Positions 52,000 to 64,000 of a stretch of 64,000 nucleotides of DNA are shown here, piece by piece. The stretch is from Octopus bimaculoides (taxonomy: Eukaryota), in contig NC_068988.1 in NCBI RefSeq assembly GCF_001194135.2, positions 36,952,300 to 37,016,299 of the forward strand, given 5' to 3'. The position numbers and the translations under genes were made by a program. Each line of letters opens with the position of its first letter. Positions within the stretch are counted from its first letter, which is position 1. The notes beneath the pieces were generated by a model, which was given only the letters and a program-made list of their open reading frames with translations, was not told the DNA's origin and did no database searches.

Positions 52000-54900
52000 N
52001 NNNNNNNNNNNNNNNNNNNNNNNNNNNNNNNNNNNNNNNNNNNNNNNNNNNNNNNNNNNNNNNNNNNNNNTATATATATACATATATATATATATGACAT
52101 ATACACAAACACATCGATATATATGGGGGATGCGTGTGTGTGTCTTGTAGTTATTTAATATTAGAATCATCGTTTAATTTAGGACGATTTACAGTCTTCG
52201 GATAGAAAGTACTTTCCTTAGTTTTTGTCTGTTCGAAACAATTCAAATATTTTCCATGCTGTAGCTGCTTCATTGTTTGCAATGTTCGAGTTACAATGGG
52301 ATTGCGAAGTGTTATGTAGATTGCAATTTGTTCTTCAATTACGACTGTTATACTTATTCTACTTTTCTATATTATTCCAAACTCTATCTGTATTTCTGAA
52401 TAGTTGTCTATTTTCTCATCTCTTCATAATAAATATTTTGCTTTCATATCAGAGGAATGCTGATTATTAAACATTGCTGTTTCCGATTTCTAGAATATTA
52501 GGTATTTGGAATTTGGCACTGAAGTTTTTTTTTTTTAGTTTTTTTTTTTTAGATTCTGAAATCATATAGCATTTATTGTTCTTTCCTTAAATATAAGTCT
52601 ACAAATTTGTATTAGGTCACGGACTGCAATTCGTTTAACGTTGGGAATTTCTTTGTGTACCGCCTGTATTTTAACTTGTTTTGAATTAGCATTTTCCTCA
52701 AAACGCTCTAATTCAGAATGTCGACTGCTAACAAGGTTTCCATAATGATTCTCTTCAAGCAGATTTCACACTGAAATTTTGATCTTTTGTAGATATCAGC
52801 ATGCTTCCTATTATCCCTTTCATCAAATTTCCTGTACACATCTAATGTCTCTATGTGCTTTATTCTACATCTCTCATAGTGACTATGAAGAAGCCTGTAA
52901 TGAATTTAATTCTTCTGTTTTGATCATCTTTTTGTTCAACATTGTTTACAAAAAGGATTGTAACATCAACTTCATAAAAGCTTATCGTAATACAAGGGAT
53001 AAAGATGAAATGCTCCGTATTCTACTTCGTAGATCCATCTTCTATTTTCATCATATAATAATCGTGGCATGTGAGTTTAATTTAGAATAGTGTTACTGTT
53101 TTCTTTCCGTGTGTCCGAATTTGATTACACGAATTATGTTTATAAATGACGAACGTATAAAATCCATTTACCTTGAAAATTGTTTCTTTGTGTTGATATG
53201 AAAATAAAATTTCTAGTACGAACATCGTCATCATTATCATTTTATCTTCACCAACATCATGGTCGTCATCACCATCACCACCATTATCAGCATCGAATTC
53301 GTTCTTCCAATGTAACGAAGGAAACATTAATGTGAACTTTTTTTTTTTTTCAAATAAATTGCCGGCAAATTCCTGTTAAATCTCGCCCAGTAGCGTAAAA
53401 TAAGAAGGTTTTCAAACTCATTCACTTATTAACCGTTTTCGCCCGTTGAAGTTTCCATCGGAGAATATTCTCGAATGGACAAAGACGCCTGAGTTACATG
53501 GCATAGTTATTTGATAACACCGGGTTCGCTTATTTATGCACTTCTAAATTTTTTAGGTATCGATATCGATTCATAATGCGCTTTATTACACAGGTTTATC
53601 AGAAACAATCGATGGTAGATTTTACATATCAGGAGAGAATATCTGATTTGTCTAATTTTGATAAAACCAGAAACAATTATGGCTGAACAAATATTGACGT
53701 AAATAATATAGGAATTTAAAAAGGTACACAATTCACCACTTTGAAACAAAATGATGTCATCATTTATTATTTATAATTTATTTATTTTGAGCATGTCTCC
53801 GAAAAAGACTGAAAGGCGTGAAGCTAAGAAATCAAAAATATATTTCCATAAAGTTATTCGTTATAATCACTTCAGAAGCGGATATCGAATTTCTGTCAAT
53901 AATTCGCCGGTATTGCTTTTTACTGCTTTTCACCTGATTCACGGAAAAATTTTATTTGTTGAAGTAAAGATTACCGAGAAATATGTACATGTTGCTGGCG
54001 ATATTGTGCAGAAATATAAAAGTGATATAAACCATTGACGCTTTAATATCCGTTATTTCTGTTGATACAGCGTTCTACTACTGTCTTTATACTAGTGTAG
54101 GCTAAAAGTCCCATAGCCCCATTATGGTAGTTTGTTTTGTATTATATTCTGACATGTAAATAACAGGTATGCCATTTTGATCATAAATACTTTCATTTCA
54201 GTTCGACTATTACAGTTAGAGTTTTATTCCTTATCGCTAGATAGAATATTTCCCGCCTGCTTATAGCAATCGCTTAGCATTGTAAGATATCTACATTGTA
54301 CAGCAAAATGTCCACCGTTATTCTCAATACTCATATCTATTGAATTGTCTGTTGGCTTTATAAACTGCCAAATTTTTGTACCCGAAGATCTATTACTTGC
54401 ATTGTATAGTTTTCCCTTCTGAATTCGAAAGATATTTAAAATCTAGTAAGTGAGTAAGAAACCACAAAATATATAAATATATTTACTACTCAATAAATGC
54501 AGTTAGCAATATGCGTCAATACTTATTCAAAGGCGTTAAATACTGTGTTTTTGAATACTTTTTAACTTGCATTATATTCACAATTGAACATAATATCGAC
54601 ATCATTCTACGCCTTTCTTTACGTAATACCATTATTTTGGATACTATAGTAATTTCGGCAAATATATTGAAAGTCCCGGAAAATTCTCCCCTTCAAACCA
54701 AAATTTTCTGAATAGGTATATATTTCGAAAAGAAAACATACCATACACACTTCATCACAGTCACGTCAACTCAAGTACATAGGTAAATAAGAAAAACAGA
54801 GAAAGATAAATACACACGCAAACGCGCGTGTGTGTGTATGTGTGCGTGTGTGTATGTGTGTGTGCGCGTGTGTGTGTGTGTGTGAATGAGTGAGTGGGTG

Positions 54901-55777
54901 TGTATAGATAAATATATATATGTATGCATATAAATGTGCGTGTCTATATATATTTAAGGATATATATAGAGATAGATACATACATACATACTATATATAT
55001 TATATTATATTATATCTATGCATAAATCAGTAAATACACATACACGTGCGTATCATATGTATATATATATATATATATATATTATAGCTATTTAATGCGT
55101 ATGCATGCATGTACCTATCTCTATTTCTGTGCATGTATTATTGACGTGGGTTAGCATAATAAACCTTTCAGCTATGTTGAATCTCGAAAAACGTGTTATA
55201 ATACCGCTTCACTTCGACAATGTTACCGAAATATATTCGTCTATTTATGTTATTTACAGCAAATGCATTATTTACCTTTAACTGTAATCGTACACATCTC
55301 TATTATTAGACGATTCCAAAGCCAGTACTATGGGATTTTTTTTCTTCTTTTCAGGTGAACAGAAAAAAAAACTATATAAAGAATTGTACAAATATTTTAT
55401 GGCTTGACGACAGGTTAAACGAGAAAGTGAATCCTTTCTTGTCTTTTTATTTATTATGTTTCTAGGGACATGAATATCTTACGATGTAGAAGTGACAAAA
55501 ACAGTCAATAAATATTAGGAAAAGACGTGTCACCACCTGGATGAGAGACATACATTCGATTACAGCTTAATGAAGAATAGTTATGCACACTGTTCAAAAT
55601 AGATTAAGCATAATAGATTATCTTCCTGAAATAGCGATTATTAATAAAACAATATTTAAATCTTATTTAATATAACTGGTCCAATATACATATTCTTATT
55701 CTCCTGTCATTTACCGTTTCAGCATAATTTCTTTTAAAATTATGGCAGCTTCAACGTTTTATAATTTAGTACAGCAG

Positions 55778-56170
55778 CAGGCAGCGAGCTGTCAGAATCG
55801 TCACCATGTCTGATAAAATGCAACATTTCGTTTGTTCTTACGTTCTGAATTCAAATTATGCCGGGATTGAATTTGTTTTTCATCTTGTCAGTGTCAATGA
55901 AACGAATACCAGTCGTGCGCTGGTGTCAATGTAGTTGGCTATCCACCCACCTGTTTAGGGTAACATAATGCGGCGAACAGTCAGAATCGTTCGTGTGTCT
56001 GACAAAATACTTGACCGCATTTCTTTCGACTCTAACGTTCTGAGATCAAATTCGACCGAGGTCACTTTTAAGCCTTTCATCCTTTCGGATCGACGAAATG
56101 AGGTACTAGTAAAGTACCAGGGTTGATGTAATCAACTTCTCACTCGCCTCTAAACTGCAGGCCATACGTA
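55778..56170 (+). mobile_element. Two old tandem core-SINE copies
   Basis: Degenerate heads (GGCAGCGAGCTGTCAGAATCG; GCGGCGAACAGTCAGAATCG), B-box-like TTCAAATT and core GCCTTTCATCCTTTCGG. Confidence 0.65.
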
Positions 56171-58669
56171 AATTCTTAAAAAATATTTAATATTGTGTAA
56201 ACATAAATGCTCATATTTATTCCTTTCAAAGATGTCATAACAACAGAGGAAATATACAAATTAATACAAAGAATACTGTATCGCTTAGCCCTATGTCGGT
56301 TTCGAATGGCCATTCAATATATTTTCTCACTGCAGAAGTTGTAGAGCCACATTATACAATGCATCTCCCACGTGCGACTCACATGTCTATGCACCTCGAC
56401 ACAAGATATATGGTTGGTAAACGAAGATATTTTATCACACATACATTCTCAAAATGACTGTTCTCATTACACACATGCATACATACTGTAATACAAATGT
56501 TATATGTTACTTCTTTCAGTGCGAAAGCAAAAATCAAAACTTTCTTTGTATGTTAACACGCATATTTTTGTATCATACTACATGCTTTCACAACAAAAAG
56601 TGAACACAGAACAAACAATATGCTTATACACAAGAATGTCTTATGGTGATTCATAGTAACTGTTTTTCTATTTAATAATACGCACCTGAACAGCCAACAG
56701 TAGCCGCTATAAGTTTTAAACATTAGATAATGTTAATAATACGTCTAAAAATTTTACAAATATTCATATTTTTATAATCGGTGATGGATAACTGATAACA
56801 TATATATATATACATATATATATATCAGTGGAAGGGATTAGGCTACTGATGATCCAAGCTAGTAAGTATGCTGTGTGATTGCTGCAAATGGTAAACCACT
56901 AGGAACGAAGTTCGCAAGGGGGTGGATCGAATTGGGTATCCGTGAACTACTTCCGAGTCAGCGGATATAATTAATAAGAAGGGAAAAATAAATCCAATGG
57001 TGAATCGAAGTAATTAAAAGTAAATGTCTGACAGTTGTTTCTGGGATATCCCAGGAAATGGATCATTGTGTTGATTCACGTTTCCATACATTGCGTATTC
57101 TGCCATGGGAGGCAAGTTATATATGCAGTAAACTTCTATAGAGATAATTTGATGTAGAGAAAAGTATGAAGCTCAAGGCTCATAGTTCGTCCTCTTCGAG
57201 GAGTATGAAGGTTTATCCATATTTCTGTGAAGGTGTACCTCCGTACGTATAATCACAGATAAGTCCATACTTTAGAAAGCGGGTTGAGAAAATAGCTCAA
57301 GCCATTTAATGCTCATAAAGATAATGGGTGAAAAGAGATCAACCATATACACTCTTCAGTGTCCTCACCGCACGCACACACTTTAATATCCTCACCGCAC
57401 ACACCAGTATACGAACACCCCTACACACTGTTCAACTCAGTACACACACTACACACCATTATGCACACTCCCACAACCACACACACTGACATGCACATGC
57501 ATTCACTCACACATTCCCACTTCACACACACTATTGCACAATATCTACCTACATCATCCCCTCTAACCCCAATCCCACCTCTTCGCACCCCATCTCATCT
57601 CCCTCTCCCTCCCCTATTCCCCTATCCCTGTCCCACCTCACATCCCTATGCATAACCCCATAACACAGTTTTCACTCAAAAAAAGCACAAAACGTCCGTA
57701 AACAGACAATATACACACACACACACACACAGCACATATAAACACATACAACTTTCGCACACAAACAAACACGATACACATGTACACAGTAGGGCCATAG
57801 AAAAACACACTTACACACATGCGCTCACCACTCGATCATGCACATCTGAACTGCTAAACGGAAGCGTTTGCACATGCACGTATACCATAGCCTCACACAT
57901 ATCCTCACATCCATATGCACACATTAGATTACTTGTACACATACACACACAGGCCCGTTAGTTTCTAGACACACAGGCCCGTTCGTTTATACACACACGT
58001 GATAACCCCAAACATATGTACACACGTCCATATGCATACACAAAAACACACCAGTACACTACTCCACATAATGTATACACTAGGTTACTTATACACATAT
58101 ACACACACAGGTCCACATAATTTTAAGCTCGTTCACACATACACACTCAAGCACTTAACCCCATTCACACATATACACTCAAGTGAGCATGTCTGCCTTA
58201 GTTATTATCTCCCTTTCATTCAGCTTCTTCCTTTTGGCCATTTCATCATGTTGAACCTCTAATCCCTACACATTTTTTCTCGTTTTTTTTTTCTGTCGAT
58301 CTCTTTCCTTTGTCTGTTTTTTGGAGGGGGAGGCGTTCTTTCTCCGATTGTTTTTTTTTTTTCTTAATCCTTTCTGCCGAAGAACTTTTCATTCTTCCCG
58401 ATCATTAAGATAATACACGTGCTTGTTCCTTCATCTGTCTTTGTCTTTTGTTTTCTGTAAATTTCAACTATATTTTGAACGATACACATGTACACTATAG
58501 GATCACGGACACACACACACAATCATACACACGTGAACACACCACCCGCACAAGCACTGACAACTGCTAAGCACAAGTGTTTGCGCATGCACTCACGCAG
58601 GCACATACACACATACACACACAGAGACACGATAGCCTCACACATATACAACGTCTATATGTATGTATG

Positions 58670-58714
<45 letters not shown>

Positions 58715-59672
58715 TAATGTTGTTCATATTTGTTTATATGAAACTAACTGAATGGTAAATCACAATGCACAGATCCAATGTTCTAGATATGCTTCGCTAC
58801 CATTTAGTTGAAGCCTGCACTTCACACTTCAGTAGTCAGTGATTTATTATATGGCGTATAATGTGTATATTTGCGTATGAAAACTCCCTATTTTTGTAAG
58901 CTTTTTTTCTTTGTTATTGTTAGGTTATTCTGTTGTAGGTTAGCGACGATCATGCGGAACTATAATAGAAGGTGCAACCCGCATTTGAGTTTATTCAGCT
59001 TCGTATTTAGAAGAATATTACTTAATGTGCACTATATATTTTAAGACAGTAGCGTGTAACTTGGCGTAGATATGCTATATAGTGTAATGACCACATAGAC
59101 GCAGCTAGGACACTCTCCAACAGGCTCAACTAATACCTTCTTTGGCTCATTTATCTCCGGTGTGTTTCCCAAAGACCAATAAATAGATTTATGAGGTAAA
59201 TTCTATAGAGTTATTTTATACTGAATCAAATGAAACCCTTAAAAATGTGAAGACATCGTGTCCTGTTAAAAGATATATGGGCACGACGATGTTAGGTTTC
59301 ATTATTACCCATATAAAGGCATGTCTAGAGTTAATCTTGAAAATGATATGAGCAACACTTTTCTACGTCATAATAAATAAATGGAGAAAATAATTTTTTT
59401 TTAGAAAGGCGGTTATCTATGGTGTTTTGAGGGTATTCATTTTAATGAGGATATCAAATTGATGTCCTGTAGTTATATATTTGCAAGCTGTCGTTGGATG
59501 CCAATTACGAATCTAATGCATTTGGAAACGGAAAAAAAAATAATAATAAGCAACAACAAAAACAATATATCTTTATTTGTCTTCTTATATGAACTAGATT
59601 GTAAAGTTATACTTGCATTTTAACTATCACTCTCTCTACTCTTGTCTCTTTGTGTGTGTGTGTGTGTGCGTA

Positions 59673-59745
<73 letters not shown>

Positions 59746-59867
59746 ATGTATATAGATGTATATATATATCTATATCTATATACATATGTATATATGTATA
59801 TGTGTATATATGTATATATACACAAGCACACACACACACACAGAAAGAAACAAAAAGACAAACATAA

Positions 59868-59915
<48 letters not shown>

Positions 59916-62900
59916 CACACAGCTAGAGGGAGAGCATAATGGTTTTGCTTCTCATATCAGGGTGTTGACAAATAGCTACAGATAATCATATTTATACCAC
60001 TCTTCTAAAGTACGTACACACTTTGAACAAAATTCACTTGAGCCTCAAAGCAGATAATAGTTCTAGATTTAATTTTGCTAACGTTTTGCATATATTGATA
60101 TACGAACGACGTTTAAATCCTTCTAATTTTCCGCAATTATCTTCCAACTGTTTGAATTGAATTACTACGCGCGTTTCTTTAATTTTTTGCAACTCAGGAA
60201 TAGAGTCCATATAATTAAGGCAATTAATTTTCGATAGATTGTTGTCTTACCTAGGGAAAATTTCTGTTCAGAATGCAAATAATTAAGGAAGTCAATCTTC
60301 GATATACTTTAATCTTTTCTAGAGGGGTTTAATTTTCAGCTCATTCATACCAAAAACCTGGAGCTTCCTTGCTTTATAAGGCTTAGGGAAGGGTTATTTT
60401 CATTTCGTCTCCCAGTATTAATATCTTAATACGATGATCTACAAATCGTATCATTTACGATTTTAAAAATATCATCCCTACTTCGTGACAAAATTCAAAA
60501 TGTTCATCATTAGATATGTCACTTTACCATTACACTTAATCTGTAAGAATACTGAGATGAAGCACGCTTAGTCAAATCAAGTGTTCATAATATCACAATT
60601 TTCATGACAAATATGTAAAGTTCTATATGTGTATGAAGTAAGTCTTGTAGTTACTTGAATACAATGAGATGTTACCAATTAAACGTGAGTGCTACCTAGA
60701 GAGTCGATGACACTATTAATATCTTGCTATTTTTTCATGTTTTAGTCATTGGATTTTACTCAAACTGGAGCTCTGCTTTGTACGATTAATCGAACAAATC
60801 AGCCTATTACTTTCTCAGATCTGGTAATTATTCCATTGGTATCTTAGCCAAGCAGATAAGTTAGAGATTGTAAAGAAAGCAACCCTGGTTGTGAAGCGGT
60901 GAAGTTACCAACATAATCAGAAAACCAGATGCCCGCTCGAACATGCGCACANNNNNNNNNNNNNNNNNNNNNNNNNNNNNNNNNNNNNNNNNNNNNNNNN
61001 NNNNNNNNNNNNNNNNNNNNNNNNNNNNNNNNNNNNNNNNNNNNNNNNNNNNNNNNNNNNNNNNNNNNNNNNNNNNNNNNNNNNNNNNNNNNNNNNNNNN
61101 NNNNNNNNNNNNNNNNNNNNNNNNNNNNNNNNNNNNNNNNNNNNNNNNNNNNNNNNNNNNNNNNNNNNNNNNNNNNNNNNNNNNNNNNNNNNNNNNNNNN
61201 NNNNNNNNNNNNNNNNNNNNNNNNNNNNNNNNNNNNNNNNNNNNNNNNNNNNNNNNNNNNNNNNNNNNNNNNNNNNNNNNNNNNNNNNNNNNNNNNNNNN
61301 NNNNNNNNNNNNNNNNNNNNNNNNNNNNNNNNNNNNNNNNNNNNNNNNNNNNNNNNNNNNNNNNNNNNNNNNNNNNNNNNNNNNNNNNNNNNNNNNNNNN
61401 NNNNNNNNNNNNNNNNNNNNNNNNNNNNNNNNNNNNNNNNNNNNNNNNNNNNNNNNNNNNNNNNNNNNNNNNNNNNNNNNNNNNNNNNNNNNNNNNNNNN
61501 NNNNNNNNNNNNNNNNNNNNNNNNNNNNNNNNNNNNNNNNNNNNNNNNNNNNNNNNNNNNNNNNNNNNNNNNNNNNNNNNNNNNNNNNNNNNNNNNNNNN
61601 NNNNNNNNNNNNNNNNNNNNNNNNNNNNNNNNNNNNNNNNNNNNNNNNNNNNNNNNNNGCACAATGCATTGGTCAACTGGGGGTGGGTTTGGGGCTATAG
61701 TAAAGAAAACAAAAACTTTTGGTCAAATTGACGCTTTGTGGAACTGAAGCTGAAACCACATGGTTTCGGATTCATCTTCTTAACATACTGCCATGCATAC
61801 GCCTATAAAGGATAATGGAATTTAACTTCTTGAAGATATCACTGACAACGTAATCAGCGACAGTTCAGTACGTCCTGGACAGATTTCGTTTTCGCTTCCT
61901 TCGTTCTTGATCTTGTTTGCGCTTTATTAACTGGGTTTTTTTATCAACGTTGAAACTATTATCATATATGAGAATATTCAGAAAGTGATATGCACTGCAT
62001 CACTAACGTTTTCTGCTTCATTTTTCTAAATATGCTAATTTTCACTCACAATGTTGCACATTGATATCCTTACTGGAATCATCTAATTATTACTTTGGTA
62101 ATTATGGAGTAATCTATAATTGTTTAAGCTGGTAGTAAAGTTCTCTCCGTGCACAAGGAAAGGATAAAAAAAATATCAATGATTGAATAAGTGTATTTCT
62201 ATTTAACACCAGATTATATTTTATTACATTGTTCATAATGATCGCATTAAATATCTGGACATTCTTAAACATCATACAACACACGGTCGTCTATCCAAAA
62301 TTTGTCTGGACTCCGGGCTCATTTCCCAAATCTACAGGTATTAATTCATATGAGGAAAATATTCATAACTGAATCTCAGTGTTCGAAGTGTTGCTAAGTA
62401 GTGTATATTCCACAGAAAACACTGCATTGTCTTATCGATTCTTGCCTCTACTAATAAAGTAATTTGACTAAAGTAATTTCGTTTACTGGCAGCTGCATGA
62501 GTGTCCATTACAACTATTACCAACTCATTAATACATTCATATCAGATAAATTTTCTGATAAAAGAGAGCCTCGACTCGGTGTTGTTGGTAGGATGCCAGG
62601 AATGCTTACATAAAGCACTGATCTTCTTGGGTGAAGATATGTACTTCTATGATAGCTGCAGCCCTGTTAAAAAGCAACGGGAGTTGCTAAATAAATAAGC
62701 TATATGCTACGAAAATGTGACGTATGCACGCCCCTGTATTTAAATGCATACATAGATGCACGCTGCAAAAATCTATGTGTAGCGAGCAGAAATCGGATGT
62801 TAAAAAGGAGCTCGAAATCTACAATTTAACATATACACATACAATCACACACAAACAAACGCACGGCACGCACACGCTCACACACACATACACACATGCA

Positions 62901-63084
62901 CACATACATATTTCCCCGGTTTTTACACGAGACCTATGTGTGTGTATGTGACTATAACTGCGTTATTTAGTTCCCTTTTCCTATTTTAGAAAAGCTAATT
63001 GATTTTAGCGGGGTTGGTATACTAGACGTTCATCATACAACATAACTTTACACGTCAGCTCGTATATATATAAATCGGAAACAA

Positions 63085-63875
63085 AGTTAACCTCCTTCTA
63101 TAGATGTAATTCCATGGTTAAACTCTATTGTAGATAAACATACCCGTTTCATACAATCTGATATCTCCAACTATTATGAATCCATCTCACCTATCCTTCT
63201 AAATAGAGCATTAATATTTTCCAGCAATTTCGTCAACATTTCTAGTTCAGACTTGAAGAGAATATTAGCCGCACGAAAGACTTTAATAAACTTTAACGGA
63301 CATAATTGGGTTAGCTCTGATTCATTAGATCGTTTTGACATAACCATGAGATCATTATACTCGGCTCAGGTAATTAATTTAGTAGGCTTATATCTCTTGT
63401 CCCAAGTAAAAGATAGTTTCCCTAAATTATCGGGTCTAACGTAATTTATATATGCACCGTCCTCAACACGTTACACAATTCTACAACTATGTATATCGGG
63501 CAAACTATAAATTTTAAACAGCGATACGCTGCGCATCTCAATTCTTTTAGATATGAGAAACACAGTAAATTCACAACACTCACCAGTCACATACATCATC
63601 TCAGAAATAAAAATATTCCATATATCTTGTCATGATTCATAATAGATTCAGAGCTTCCAAACCAGGGTCAACACTCAGCCTGTTGTAAGTTATGTCTAAA
63701 CGAGGCATTCCATTTATTCAATCACACCGGTTCAATATTATTAAATAAATATTATGAGGCTCTAAGTACATGCAACAACCGCTTTTTTCATGCCCTCAAA
63801 TTTTACCACAAATCTAAATGTAACCTAAATCACCACACAGTATATCTCCCGAACACCCCTTAGGGAATCCCTAGC
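63085..63875 (+). pseudogene. Penelope-like element: RT N-terminal half fused to the GIY-YIG endonuclease
   Basis: DVIPWLNSIVDKHTRFIQSDISNYYESISPILLNRAL / ILAARKTL..FDITMRSLYSAQVINLVGLYLLS (cf. FDVTMGSYDGAEVCELVG), then NVIYICTV..MYIGQTINFKQRYAAHLNSF..TTLTSHIHHL..CKLCLNE..LLNKYYE..TC. Confidence 0.85.
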
Positions 63876-64000
63876 AAACCTATTTGACTTTCCATTGTTT
63901 CCGTTTTTACTTATTTAGCTCACCAATCTTATTTTTTTATTATTTAATAATACATATATGGGCATGTATACATGTTTGCCTGCATATGTCTGGATGTTTA

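Noticed and set aside
56900-57330. Possible minus-strand Penelope GIY-YIG C-terminus (YITC.., SIHPLAN)
   Set aside because: Motif matches are too short and scattered across frames to support a call.
57350-58670. CA-rich region with recurring short motifs and His/Thr-rich ORFs
   Set aside because: Degenerate CA-type low-complexity sequence with no regular period or coding signal.

Overview
AT-rich eukaryotic genomic DNA, dense in microsatellites and broken by many N gaps that mostly abut (TA)n, (CA)n or (GA)n tracts. The repeat content (tRNA-headed SINEs, Tc1/mariner, Penelope-like, RTE and Tx1-like LINEs) suggests an octopod cephalopod; this is an inference, not a database result. I could not confidently identify any host protein-coding gene, and most listed ORFs are microsatellite or N artefacts. 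The recognisable content is decayed mobile DNA: a Tc1 copy, four mariner fragments, a probable TTAA-type MITE, two copies of an L1/Tx1-like LINE (one with a 418-codon open RT stretch) plus an ORF1-like fragment, an R4/Dong-like RLE element with its RT deleted, three Penelope-like remnants, RTE ends, a decayed Myb/SANT-like ORF and many SINEs. Two observations stand out. First, the Tx1-like LINE copies are joined to the head of an abundant tRNA-derived SINE and appear to share its 3' tail, which suggests a LINE that both targets and mobilises the same SINE. Second, there are two minimal hammerhead-ribozyme motifs, one inside a hairpin-dense ~220-nt cassette.
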